Of a stretch of 63,819 bases of DNA, positions 35,773 through 45,044 are shown in pieces. Made by a program: the position numbers and the translations under genes. The notes under the pieces were generated by a model. That model saw nothing but the letters and a program-made list of their open reading frames with translations, was not told the DNA's origin and did not search any database. The stretch lies in contig JAXMOL010000047.1 of assembly GCA_034669905.1 (NCBI GenBank), positions 1-63,819 of the forward strand, written 5' to 3'. The first letter of the stretch is position 1. Every line of letters begins with the position of its first letter. Source of the stretch: Candidatus Hydrogenedentota bacterium (GTDB lineage Bacteria; Hydrogenedentota; Hydrogenedentia; Hydrogenedentales; JAEUWI01).

Positions 35773-38700
35773 AGGCTATCCCTGACAGATACCGGACGCG
35801 GCCCGCTGGACTGACGACCAGAAAGCGCACCTTGGATTTCCTCAACGCCTCAGCGCCCCCTTTATAGATGAACTTAAAGGGATCACTCTTGTCTCTATTG
35901 CGACCATCTGTATTTGCCTCGAAGTGTTCTGCAAACGTGAATTGGCTATCAGACAATCGCTGGACGAAGTAGATTTGTCTTTCACCACGGTGCTCGAATT
36001 CGACCATGTCGCGATTGAAAAGTCGCATGATGTGCTTTCCGTTGCGGTCTTCGACTCGTCGGGCATCGTTGTTGCGTTCCGCGTTTGCGGCATAACGTGT
36101 GACCATAGTGCCTTTCCAGCCTGTCGCGTCCTCCGATTCATGGATGTCCAGATAGGCGTTTCCGTCGGGTTTGAATCCCTTGTAGATCTTCTTCTGCTTA
36201 TCCCGAATGGGTATGAGTTCCATACGTTCGATGATGCGCACACGGCGTATGTTACGACGCGTGAGAAAGGATCTTATTCTGTCCGCAACGAAGCTCTCAC
36301 CGGAAGATGTGGGGTCAATCAATTGATTCACATCTAGTGAAGTGGTTTTATTGCTATCGTCATGTTGCGCAAGTAGCTTAAATACTTTTTTAAAGTCTTC
36401 TCCCGACAGGAATGCGACCAGCTCTGCCCGAAGCCGTCGTCCCCGAATTTCGAGAATGTTCTTGGGTTTGAAGTCCTGAACAGAAATTCGGTGCACTGCC
36501 TGACCGCGCGGGTCGGGTTGCCGTGACGAGTTTGGTGTGGGTACTTGTGCAATGCCGTAGGCGGTCTGATTGTGTAGCTCGCCTTCTATGCCATGATCGA
36601 GCTTGTGTGATACTACGACGTTGGCCAGTGCGGTGCGCGCGTCGGCGCGAAAGCTGGGCCAGGGCTCAGAAAATCCTTCCAGAAACTTTCCAACGCCGTC
36701 GAGCTCATGACGGGCACAGATAGAGGCTGCCTTCTGGAGGAAGACGCGATCCATCAGACCCACCACCAAGGCGTCCACCGTATGGTGTCGATGGTCCGCG
36801 CGGTTTTTCTCGCCATTGGGTACGGGCCGCTCTCCCAGTGCCGGATTCACTTCTTCCAGCAGGCTGCTCAGGCCGAGGTGATGGCGAAACATACCGGTAA
36901 GTCGCCCTGGTATGCAGAGCACCTTGTGGGCTTTATCGGGAGCGTAAAGGCAAGCGAGATAACCTCGGGCGAGTTTGGCGATGTACTGACTGTCGGTGAG
37001 TTGACGGGCAATAAAGTCGTGCTCCTCCTCGAAGCGCTTCATGGCGTCTTCGGCAAATCGCCACCGCTTGTTTCGGGGCAGTACGCTGCTTCGAGCGAGG
37101 ATGCCATCCCAATGGGGGCCTTTCCCCCAGACCTCGAAGGGGGTCTGATTTGATTTCTCGCGGTTTGCGTGGCGTACACAGAGAACTTTATTCGCCATAC
37201 TGTCATCCAGCGTACGGGAAATGGGAAGAATGTGGTCAATCTCTACAGCGCTTGTAAAGAGATTTCTAGGGCAAATGCTTTCGCCCGTGTATACGCAGAT
37301 CCGGTCACCGGCGGGCATCTCTTCCCAGAGACGGAGACGCTGGATGTTCTCCCGGTTTACGGTTTCGTTGTATTTTTCCCGTAGTTCTCGAGCACGTCTG
37401 TCGTTTTGCTCTTTGTTTTTTGCTTGCTCGGCAGCGATTTCCTTTTTCTTCTTTAGGCTGTTCTTGAGGTCTCGGAGCACTTCGACATGGATTTCGACGG
37501 GTTTTCCGTGGAGCTTTATGATGTCATTAACGACACGCCGAAGTTGATTGAGCGCAATATGGACGGTGGGGTTGGTAAGTTTTCCAAAGCGCTGTTCGAG
37601 CTTGGCGGCGGGATGCAGGTAGTGCTCGGGATCAGGGATGACTTCACGTTCCAGTATTTCGCCATAATAGGGAAGCCGCTCGCGAGCCTGACCGGAATTG
37701 AATTGTGAATGGGAGACATAGCCTGCGCGGGTCACTGCCTCGGAGAAGGGAATGACGTCGGCTTTCAATTCGGTAAGTATCCTGGTAAGCGCCGTGCGTC
37801 CCAACCGCCCATGTCCGTCGGGCAACGGTGCGGTTGCGACGGCTTCAGCCTGCGCCCGGCTGAGCCCCCAGTCTTCTTCCAGAATCTGGAGCAAGAGTTC
37901 TTCATCGTCTTCGTTCAGTAGGAGTGCGACAATGTTTTCTTGCTGGTCATTGCTCAGGTCATACCAACGGCGACCGAAACGGGTTTTATGAGAAAGTATG
38001 GCGGTAGTGGAATCGCCTTCCAGGCTCTTGCGGGTCTCCGATTCCAACGAGAACGTGGCATGTGGGCCAAAGAACTTATCCCGTATTTTGTTGAACGAGA
38101 CCTCCGCTTTTCCCGATGCTCTTCCATTGGGTGTGCACAGGAGTTTCGCAATATCATCCCGTTCGTCGTGGGTAAGCGGACGACCGCGCAGGGTTTGTGT
38201 GTCCAAGACCTGAAGGTGGTTTAATTCCTGGTAGATTCGGACTTGATGTGCGAGGGGGTAGGCCTTAGGAAGGCGGTCTTCGTCCCGTTCGAAGGTGCAC
38301 TTGCCGACGACCTGGGGCTTTAAGGGGCGTTGGTAGAAGATGCAGTGGTAGATGCGGTCTCGGGCATCTTCGGTAAGAATTCCCGGATGGTATTGGGTCT
38401 GGTGTTCCCAGAGTGCGTTAAACTCGGCTTCCAGTTCCTGGCGGGCCGGATAGAAGTCGTAGAATTTCTCTTGCTTGTCTTTTTTCCCTTTAGGAGTCTC
38501 AACGAGTCGTGTTTGCATGCGTGAACGAACCGTGAGCCCCTGCGCTCTTCGGAGATAGAGAAACTCACCAAAAGTTCGGGCACCAAGTTCTTCCATGGTG
38601 TCACGTTGTGTCTTGATGGCCGTCTTAAGCGCACTCGCCTCGTTTTTGTCTTTTACTTCGCTCTTACGGTTGCTCTTGAAGCCGCGCCGCTGATTGAGAT

Positions 38701-39076
38701 GGAAAAGAGCCCGCCCCAATTCAAAAGTTTCCAGCCGTTCGTCCAGTCCGCGTGCCCGTAGCGTATAAGGGTCAAGCGTAGTGAGCTTCTGACGGTTCTT
38801 ATCATCGACCGGCATCAAGCCCGTGGCCACGAGCGCATCGAGCAAGTCCTGACGACGCTTGATAAAGCGGTCGCGATTTCGCCGTGCCCCCCGGGCCATT
38901 CGTCGTTTGACCGCATTTGAAGCCCCCGTTTTGGGGTGCCGACCGTCAGAAAATATACGGACTCCCATATCCAAAATGCCTTGCGGCGATGTGCGCTCCC
39001 CTTGCTCGCCCAGATGGTAGGCGCACCACCCAATCGAATTTGTGCCAAGATCCAACGCTAGACGATAGCGCACCAT
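35753..39076 (-). CDS. cas9: Type II-C Cas9, 1107 aa
   Basis: RuvC-I LALDLGTNSIGW, Arg-rich bridge helix, RuvC-II IHVEV, HNH EIDHILP...NKVL...N, RuvC-III HHTVDA; RBS GGGAGG before ATG 39076; no csn2/cas4. Confidence 0.97.
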   Translation of the reverse strand: MVRYRLALDLGTNSIGWCAYHLGEQGERTSPQGILDMGVRIFSDGRHPKTGASNAVKRRMARGARRNRDRFIKRRQDLLDALVATGLMPVDDKNRQKLTTLDPYTLRARGLDERLETFELGRALFHLNQRRGFKSNRKSEVKDKNEASALKTAIKTQRDTMEELGARTFGEFLYLRRAQGLTVRSRMQTRLVETPKGKKDKQEKFYDFYPARQELEAEFNALWEHQTQYHPGILTEDARDRIYHCIFYQRPLKPQVVGKCTFERDEDRLPKAYPLAHQVRIYQELNHLQVLDTQTLRGRPLTHDERDDIAKLLCTPNGRASGKAEVSFNKIRDKFFGPHATFSLESETRKSLEGDSTTAILSHKTRFGRRWYDLSNDQQENIVALLLNEDDEELLLQILEEDWGLSRAQAEAVATAPLPDGHGRLGRTALTRILTELKADVIPFSEAVTRAGYVSHSQFNSGQARERLPYYGEILEREVIPDPEHYLHPAAKLEQRFGKLTNPTVHIALNQLRRVVNDIIKLHGKPVEIHVEVLRDLKNSLKKKKEIAAEQAKNKEQNDRRARELREKYNETVNRENIQRLRLWEEMPAGDRICVYTGESICPRNLFTSAVEIDHILPISRTLDDSMANKVLCVRHANREKSNQTPFEVWGKGPHWDGILARSSVLPRNKRWRFAEDAMKRFEEEHDFIARQLTDSQYIAKLARGYLACLYAPDKAHKVLCIPGRLTGMFRHHLGLSSLLEEVNPALGERPVPNGEKNRADHRHHTVDALVVGLMDRVFLQKAASICARHELDGVGKFLEGFSEPWPSFRADARTALANVVVSHKLDHGIEGELHNQTAYGIAQVPTPNSSRQPDPRGQAVHRISVQDFKPKNILEIRGRRLRAELVAFLSGEDFKKVFKLLAQHDDSNKTTSLDVNQLIDPTSSGESFVADRIRSFLTRRNIRRVRIIERMELIPIRDKQKKIYKGFKPDGNAYLDIHESEDATGWKGTMVTRYAANAERNNDARRVEDRNGKHIMRLFNRDMVEFEHRGERQIYFVQRLSDSQFTFAEHFEANTDGRNRDKSDPFKFIYKGGAEALRKSKVRFLVVSPAGRVRYLSGIAYDSESD

Positions 39077-39106
39077 AATAAGCCTCCCTGATCCACTAAT
39101 AGTGTG

Positions 39107-39136
39107 TTGACAAACGTATAAAAGATAAACCATAAT
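39107..39136 (+). promoter_or_regulatory. Putative tracrRNA promoter
   Basis: TTGACA (39107-12), 18 nt, CATAAT (39131-36) immediately before the anti-repeat. Confidence 0.7.
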
Positions 39137-39139
39137 AAC

Positions 39140-39220
39140 GGAGCAAAATGGGGTTTACAACTAAAAGCCGTTAACAAGTAAACCACCAAATGTGGCAGCC
39201 TGCGGGCTGCCTTTCTTTTT
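39140..39220 (+). ncRNA. tracrRNA (predicted)
   Basis: GGAGCAAAATGGGGT is a perfect 15-nt anti-repeat; AAGCCGTTAAC pairs the repeat 5' end; terminator GGCAGCC-TGCG-GGCTGCC-TTTCTTTTT. Confidence 0.88.
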
Positions 39221-39231
39221 GCCTATGAACC

Positions 39232-39266
39232 AAAAAACGGCCCCGCAAGCATCGCCTGCGGGGCCG
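39232..39266 (-). terminator. Intrinsic terminator of Gfo/Idh/MocA paralogue 3
   Basis: Minus strand CGGCCCCGCA...TGCGGGGCCG-TTTTTT. Confidence 0.75.
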
Positions 39267-39294
39267 GTGTGTTCTCTATCAGGGGGTCATGCCA

Positions 39295-40650
39295 CTAGCA
39301 GGGCAGTTCCCAGCCTTTGCGGTATTCTTTGCTGACGAACTCTTTGGGGTTGGGCACGTTGGTGACCATGCCTTTTTTGTTGTCCCAGTGCATTTTCTTT
39401 TCGGTCTGGAGGGCCAGGTTGCCGAAGACGACCATTTCGGTGAAGGGACCGGAGTAGTCGAAGTTGGAGGCGGCGGCGTCGCCCCCTTTGCAGGCCTGGA
39501 TCCAGTTGAGGTAGGGGTCTTCGCCTTCGATGCGCTTGATGGTGCGTTCGGGGCGTTTGTAGTCTTTCATCTCGGCGTCGGGCAGGAGACGGGCCTGGCC
39601 ACCGTATTCGCCGGCGGTGAGGATACCGTTTTCACCAATGAAGAAGGAGCCGTTCCGTCCGTCGCCCAGTTTCTGGTCGGCGGGCACGCCTTCGGGGCGC
39701 TTGGGAATCATTTCACCGTCATACCAGTAGACATCCACGGGGCCCATGTCGGCCCGGGCGGGGAAGCTGTATTTGACGATGGAAGCGTTGGGGGCCGTCT
39801 GGTCGTTCTTGCCGGACTGGGCAACGACTTCTACGGTGTAGTCGGGGGCTTCAACGAGCTTGAGGGCCCAGAAGGCGGGGTCCATGATGTGGCAGGCCAT
39901 GTCGCCCAGGGCGCCGCAGCCAAAGTCCCACCAGCCACGCCAGTTGAAGGGGCAATACTTGGAATTGTAATCGCGCATGGGTGCGGTACCGATCCAGAGG
40001 TCCCAATCCATCGTTTCAGGAACGGCTTCCTTATCGAGGGGTTTGTCGATGCCCTGGGGCCACACGGGGCGGTTGGTCCAGACGTGGGCTTCTTTGACCT
40101 GTCCGATGGCGCCATCCCAGACCATTTCACACATATCGCGGACGCCGTCGCCGCAGTGGCCCTGGTTACCCATCTGGGTGGCCACGCCCATTTCGCGGGC
40201 GGTGTTGGTGAGGAGGCGGGCTTCGGCGACCGTGTGGGTGAGGGGCTTCTGCACGTAGACGTGCTTGCCGAGCTTCATGGCCTGGTAGGCGGCGGGGGCG
40301 TGGGTGTGGTCCGGGGTGGAGATGGTGCAGGCGTCGATTTCCGGCATCTTCTCGAGCATTTCGCGGTAGTCTTTAAACTGCTTGGCGTCTTTCAGCTTGT
40401 AGAAGGCTTCGCCCGCGCGGTTCCAGTCGGGGTCGCAGAGGGCGACGATGTTTTCGCCGTGCTTGTGGCAGGACATGATGTCGCTGAGGCCTTTGCCCCC
40501 GGCACCGATGGCAGCGATATTGAGTTTTTCGTTGGGCGAAACTTTGCCGGGAACGACCTTGGCATCGTTGGGTGCGGCGATGGCCGAGGCGGCCACGGTG
40601 GTGGTGGACGCCGCGAGAAAGGCGCGACGCGTCAGTGAAACTTTTTTCAT
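39295..40650 (-). CDS. Tat-exported Gfo/Idh/MocA oxidoreductase (paralogue 3)
   Basis: TRRAFL, IGAGGKG, STPDHTH, YVQKPL, GDMACH; C-terminus EYRKGWELPC identical to paralogue 1. Confidence 0.92.
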   Translation of the reverse strand: MKKVSLTRRAFLAASTTTVAASAIAAPNDAKVVPGKVSPNEKLNIAAIGAGGKGLSDIMSCHKHGENIVALCDPDWNRAGEAFYKLKDAKQFKDYREMLEKMPEIDACTISTPDHTHAPAAYQAMKLGKHVYVQKPLTHTVAEARLLTNTAREMGVATQMGNQGHCGDGVRDMCEMVWDGAIGQVKEAHVWTNRPVWPQGIDKPLDKEAVPETMDWDLWIGTAPMRDYNSKYCPFNWRGWWDFGCGALGDMACHIMDPAFWALKLVEAPDYTVEVVAQSGKNDQTAPNASIVKYSFPARADMGPVDVYWYDGEMIPKRPEGVPADQKLGDGRNGSFFIGENGILTAGEYGGQARLLPDAEMKDYKRPERTIKRIEGEDPYLNWIQACKGGDAAASNFDYSGPFTEMVVFGNLALQTEKKMHWDNKKGMVTNVPNPKEFVSKEYRKGWELPC

Positions 40651-41101
40651 GGGAGTTCTCCTGCGGGACCATTCAACGTGGGAATGGCCGCGATAGTTGA
40701 TTGTGCGCCGCTCGCAGGGGAGTGGGTTGTCCGCGCTCTCCGGTGACGCTGTTCATAGGAATAAACCGGGGACCATAGGCCCCCATCGACGGTAATCCAA
40801 AAAGGATATAGAAAAACGGGGCCTACGTCAACCTGGGACGCGGTTGGTCCGTCCCTCGAGCGCTGCCGTCTGGGGCGTGAAGGACACGGTGTGGAGGTCC
40901 GCGACGGTATCTACTGCGCCGTTCTGCTTCGGAAAAAAGTCCCGTACCGGCATATCGGTGGCGTTCATCCTTTCCGCACGGAAACGTGGAACCGGCCCAC
41001 CGTTGGCGTGGGAGAACGGCCTTGCGATGTCGGCGTTATTTTTCGAGAGCCAATGGGCCATCCCGGGGAGCCAGCGACGGCCCCCGGCATTACGCAGACC
41101 A

Positions 41102-42682
41102 CTACGGCGCCTGCTTCAGCTCGAAGGCGGTCAGGCTAACCCCATCCAGTGCGTGGGAGGCCACCGGCGTGCCTTGGGTTGCGAGCCAGGCGGCGATACG
41201 ATCGGTGCTGGGCTGCCATTCAAAGGTGAGGCCCTGGGTGCGGAGCAGCCAGATGCGATGGGCCCCGGCGATGGCCTGCTCCTTGGGTACGGGCATGAGG
41301 TGGTGCGCGCGGAGGATGGCCTCATGTCCCATGGTCTTGATGAAGAGGACCTCATCTTCCGGCCCCCAGCCGATGCGCACCTGGTCGCCGGAAAAATAAT
41401 GGTAGAGCGGGTAGGCGCCGAAATGGCTCGTGTAGACCAGCCGATCGCCCGCGCGCCAGTTCTCGTTCAGCAGCCGGGCCGCGCCCCGGAAGTCGACCTT
41501 GTCCCACATGGCGATGCGGTGCATGGGCGCCATATGAAGGTGGCCGCGATAGTAGTCGTTGAGACAGGGCACGGTGAAGAGGGTGACACCCACCAGCGCG
41601 GGAAGGCCCCACCGTCCAAGCTGGCCGAGCCCGAGGGCGATTCCGATAAGGGCCATGACGCCGGAAAAGAGGAAGAGGCGGTGCTCGTAAAAGGAGAAAT
41701 CGGCCTGCCCCCAGAGCCAGACCCCACCGATGAGGGGCACCCAGGTAAGGCAGACGATGAGGGCGGTGCCGGTGTCCCATTGGGCCCGCCGGACCAGCCC
41801 CAGAAGGTACAATGCCAGCCCCAACAGGAAGAGGGGCCAATAGGCCCAGGTCGCGGGGCTGTAGCCTGCCACGAAGGTCTTAAAGGTGATGAAGGCGGTT
41901 TTCCAGGTGGGCGAGGGGTACCAGATGACTTCCAGCGTTTGCACTTCTGCATGCATGGCGAAGGCCTGATACAGGGCCGGTGCAATGAGCAGCATGAGGA
42001 GGGCATTGGCACCGGTCCAGTGCCCGAGGCGGTGCCGATAGCGCGGCAGGAGCGTGAGGTAGGCCACGTTCAGGCTGAAGATAAGCCACATGGAGAAATA
42101 GTGGCTATACATCAGCAGGGTCAGCGCCACGACATAACCCGCCCAATAGCGGGGGGCACCGTCGGCGAGGGCCCGTTCCGTGGCAGCCACGGCGAGCAGG
42201 GCAAGGGTCACGTAGAGGCTGTAGATCCGCAGTTCCTGGGCGTAGTAGATCTGAAAGGGCGCGATGGCGAAGAGGAATGCGGCGAGGGCGGCGTTGCGGT
42301 CACTGCCGAGGAGCTGGCGCGAGACCTGGTAAACCAGAAAACAATTCAAGATGCCGAGGAGTGCCGGCAAGAGGCGCAGCAGGGCGTCGTGCAGGGGGCT
42401 TGTCACGTCGGTCGGGCTGATGGTGTCCACGAGCCCGGCCCAGAGCCCGGTCACCACGGCATTGAGCGGCGGCTCGGCGGTGTGGTTTCGGTCGAAGAGG
42501 GCCGCCGGTGTTTCGAGGTAGCGTCCGAGATAGAGACTGGCCCCCTCGTCATACCAGAGGCTGAAGGTGCCCAGTCCCGCCAGGCGTAAGAGGGCGGCCA
42601 GCAGCAGAATGGCCACCAGAAGGGGTGGAACAAGAGAACGCCGCCCCACGGGGCTGTCGGGGGCGGCGGAATGCGACATCAA
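41102..42682 (-). CDS. GT-C glycosyltransferase (GT39/ArnT/PMT-like)
   Basis: SLWYDE acidic loop after TM1, PPL, LRL, YYAQELRIYSL, YSHY; multi-TM. Confidence 0.85.
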   Translation of the reverse strand: MMSHSAAPDSPVGRRSLVPPLLVAILLLAALLRLAGLGTFSLWYDEGASLYLGRYLETPAALFDRNHTAEPPLNAVVTGLWAGLVDTISPTDVTSPLHDALLRLLPALLGILNCFLVYQVSRQLLGSDRNAALAAFLFAIAPFQIYYAQELRIYSLYVTLALLAVAATERALADGAPRYWAGYVVALTLLMYSHYFSMWLIFSLNVAYLTLLPRYRHRLGHWTGANALLMLLIAPALYQAFAMHAEVQTLEVIWYPSPTWKTAFITFKTFVAGYSPATWAYWPLFLLGLALYLLGLVRRAQWDTGTALIVCLTWVPLIGGVWLWGQADFSFYEHRLFLFSGVMALIGIALGLGQLGRWGLPALVGVTLFTVPCLNDYYRGHLHMAPMHRIAMWDKVDFRGAARLLNENWRAGDRLVYTSHFGAYPLYHYFSGDQVRIGWGPEDEVLFIKTMGHEAILRAHHLMPVPKEQAIAGAHRIWLLRTQGLTFEWQPSTDRIAAWLATQGTPVASHALDGVSLTAFELKQAP

Positions 42683-42698
42683 AACAGGGCCTCAGTAT

Positions 42699-44021
42699 CT
42701 ATACGGCTCCGATGGAGGTACCATCGGGAATCACGGCGTTTTTGAAGACCACCACGATGCCATCGCGGATGGCGTAGCCGTCGCCGTCATAATCCTTGAG
42801 GCGCTTGGAGCCCTTGATGGTGACCCCTTTGCCGATACGGGCGTTGTGATCGATGATGGCATTGCTGATGCGGGCTTTTTCGCCGATGCCCAGTTGGGGC
42901 TTGCTGCCATCGGTCACCTCATCTTCGAAATACTCGGCACCGAGGATGATGGCCTTTTCAACCTTGGCCCCGGGGTGTATGATGCTGCGGATGCCGATGA
43001 TGGCATTACTGATGGTGGCTTTCGTCATCCGGCTGCCTTCGCAGATGATGGCATTCTTAATATGGGCATCTTCAATGCGCACACCCGGCAAGGCACGGGC
43101 GTGGGTATAGATCTGGTGGTGTTGGTCATTGAACCGGAAGGGGGAGTTGGGCAGGGTCATTTCCATGCTCACGTCGAAGTAGGAGCGGACCGTACCAATG
43201 TCTTCCCAGAATCCGCTGAACATGTGGGATTGGACGTGCAGGGACTGGAGGGAGTTGGGGATGATCTCTTTTCCGAAATCAATCCATTCCACGTGCTCCA
43301 TCAGCAGGCGTTCCAGCACTTCTGCCTTAAAGGCATAGACGCCCATGGAGGCGAGATAGGGTTTGCCCGCTGCTTCGAGGCCAAAATCCTCAAAGACTTT
43401 TTCAGGGGTTTCCAGCGTTTCGAGTACGGCCGGATCCGTGGGTTTCTCAATGAATTCACGAATGCGCCCGCTCTTGAGCACCTTCATGATGCCAAAGCCT
43501 TCGGCATCGTGGGCATCTACCGGGAGGGCGGCGACGGTAATGTCAGCGTCTTTATTGATGTGGGTACGCAGTAGATCGCGGTAGTCCATGCGATAGAGCT
43601 GGTCCCCGGAGAGGATGACGTAGTGCTCGATGTGGGGGGCCTGAATATGAACGAACTGTTTTCGGACCGCATCGGCCGTGCCCTGAAACCATTCGTTGCC
43701 ACTGGCGAGATCGGTCTGTTCGGCCGCGAGGACTTCGACGTTGCCGCCGCTGAACTGATCGAAACGGTAGGTGTTGTTGATGTGACGGTTGAGGGAGTGG
43801 CTATTGTACTGTGTGAGTACCGAGACACGATTTATCTGTGAGTGGATGCAATTGCTGAGCGGGATGTCGACCAGCCGATAGCGTCCGCACAAGGGTACGG
43901 CCGGTTTGGCGCGCACCTTGGTCAGCGGATAGAGACGTGAACCCCTGCCGCCCCCCAGCACGATAGCCCCGACATTCTTCATTACATCACCATCACTCAA
44001 GTCCCCGACGATGTTCGGCAT
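42699..44021 (-). CDS. glgC: Glucose-1-phosphate adenylyltransferase
   Basis: LGGGRGSRLYPLTKVRAKPAVP, WFQGTADAV, SGDQLYRMDY, FIEKP, ASMGVY, WEDIGT. Confidence 0.95.
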   Translation of the reverse strand: MPNIVGDLSDGDVMKNVGAIVLGGGRGSRLYPLTKVRAKPAVPLCGRYRLVDIPLSNCIHSQINRVSVLTQYNSHSLNRHINNTYRFDQFSGGNVEVLAAEQTDLASGNEWFQGTADAVRKQFVHIQAPHIEHYVILSGDQLYRMDYRDLLRTHINKDADITVAALPVDAHDAEGFGIMKVLKSGRIREFIEKPTDPAVLETLETPEKVFEDFGLEAAGKPYLASMGVYAFKAEVLERLLMEHVEWIDFGKEIIPNSLQSLHVQSHMFSGFWEDIGTVRSYFDVSMEMTLPNSPFRFNDQHHQIYTHARALPGVRIEDAHIKNAIICEGSRMTKATISNAIIGIRSIIHPGAKVEKAIILGAEYFEDEVTDGSKPQLGIGEKARISNAIIDHNARIGKGVTIKGSKRLKDYDGDGYAIRDGIVVVFKNAVIPDGTSIGAV

Positions 44022-44135
44022 GCCTTACTCTCCTCTGTAGCCTAAACCACATCCAGCTTCTGGTTCCCAGTTCAATAGCCATTGTAATGAAGTCGGCGTG
44101 CCGGTTCCAATTGCAATTGTGATTGTGCTGAAAAC

Positions 44136-45044
44136 TCAGCCAAACACCGACGGCAAGTAGATAATCAGGCCACAGGAGACGGCCCAGAGCAGTACGGTAG
44201 CGCCCAGGGGTTTGTCTTTAATAAGGGTTTGGCTCGGGTCGCCTCCGCCGGTCTTGTGATGAATTAGATGGAGATAGCGAAAGAGGCCATAGGCCACGAG
44301 GGGCAAGGTGATATAGAGCTTGTCTGTGCCCAGTCGTTCGATGACTTCGGGGGAGCAAGTATAGATGGTGTAGGTGAGGAGGGCGCCCCCCGCGACGATA
44401 AGAATGAGTTGGTCGAGGTAGTGGACGGTGTAGTGCTGTAAAACCTGGCGGTGGGATTGGGCGCCTTCTTCGAGGAGGGTGATTTCATGGCGACGCTTAC
44501 TGAGCCCGAGGAAGGTGGCAAGGAAAAAAGTGCATACCACCAGCCAATTGGAAAAGGGGACGTCCAGTGCGACGGCTCCGGCCACGGCGCGAATAACAAA
44601 GCCGAGGGAGATGGTCATGACGTCGATGATCGCCAGGTGCTTTAACTTGAGGGTGTAGGCCAGGGTCAGCACCACATAGGCCAGCACGGCAAAAAGGAAA
44701 GGTAGGCGAATCGTCCAGGCCAGGGTGAGGGCCGTGCCAAAGAGGACGACGAGCAATACCCATGCAGCCCCGATACTCAGGGCGCCACTGGCCAACGGGC
44801 GGTGGCGCTTCTTGGGGTGCTCCCGGTCGCTTTCAATATCCAGGATGTCGTTGAAGACATAGGTGGCACTGGCGGCCAGGCAAAAGGCAATGAGCGCCAG
44901 CAGCCCGGTGAGTATCTGGTGTCCGTTACCCAATTCCCCCGCAAAGAGGAGGGCCGCCAGGACCAGCAGATTCTTGGTCCACTGATAGGGGCGCATGGCC
45001 CGGACGAGGATGACTGGAAAGGGGGCTCGCTTGGTGTCCGTCAT
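44136..45044 (-). CDS. Polyprenyl-phosphate phosphoribosyltransferase (UbiA family, DPPR synthase-like)
   Basis: MRPYQWTKN, YVFNDILDIESDREHPKKRHRPLASG, KRRHE. Confidence 0.88.
   Translation of the reverse strand: MTDTKRAPFPVILVRAMRPYQWTKNLLVLAALLFAGELGNGHQILTGLLALIAFCLAASATYVFNDILDIESDREHPKKRHRPLASGALSIGAAWVLLVVLFGTALTLAWTIRLPFLFAVLAYVVLTLAYTLKLKHLAIIDVMTISLGFVIRAVAGAVALDVPFSNWLVVCTFFLATFLGLSKRRHEITLLEEGAQSHRQVLQHYTVHYLDQLILIVAGGALLTYTIYTCSPEVIERLGTDKLYITLPLVAYGLFRYLHLIHHKTGGGDPSQTLIKDKPLGATVLLWAVSCGLIIYLPSVFG

Noticed and set aside
39077..39133. 19-aa N-terminal extension of Cas9 in the ORF track
   Set aside because: RBS and RuvC-I position support ATG 39076; the extension overlaps promoter elements
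30436..40638. Long plus-strand ORFs opposite the Gfo/Idh/MocA genes (30436, 32135, 39289) and similar antisense ORFs elsewhere
   Set aside because: Shadow ORFs from high-GC codon bias, with no recognisable motifs
40828..41061. 77-aa ORF between the GT-C and oxidoreductase genes
   Set aside because: No clear RBS or recognisable motif; unsupported
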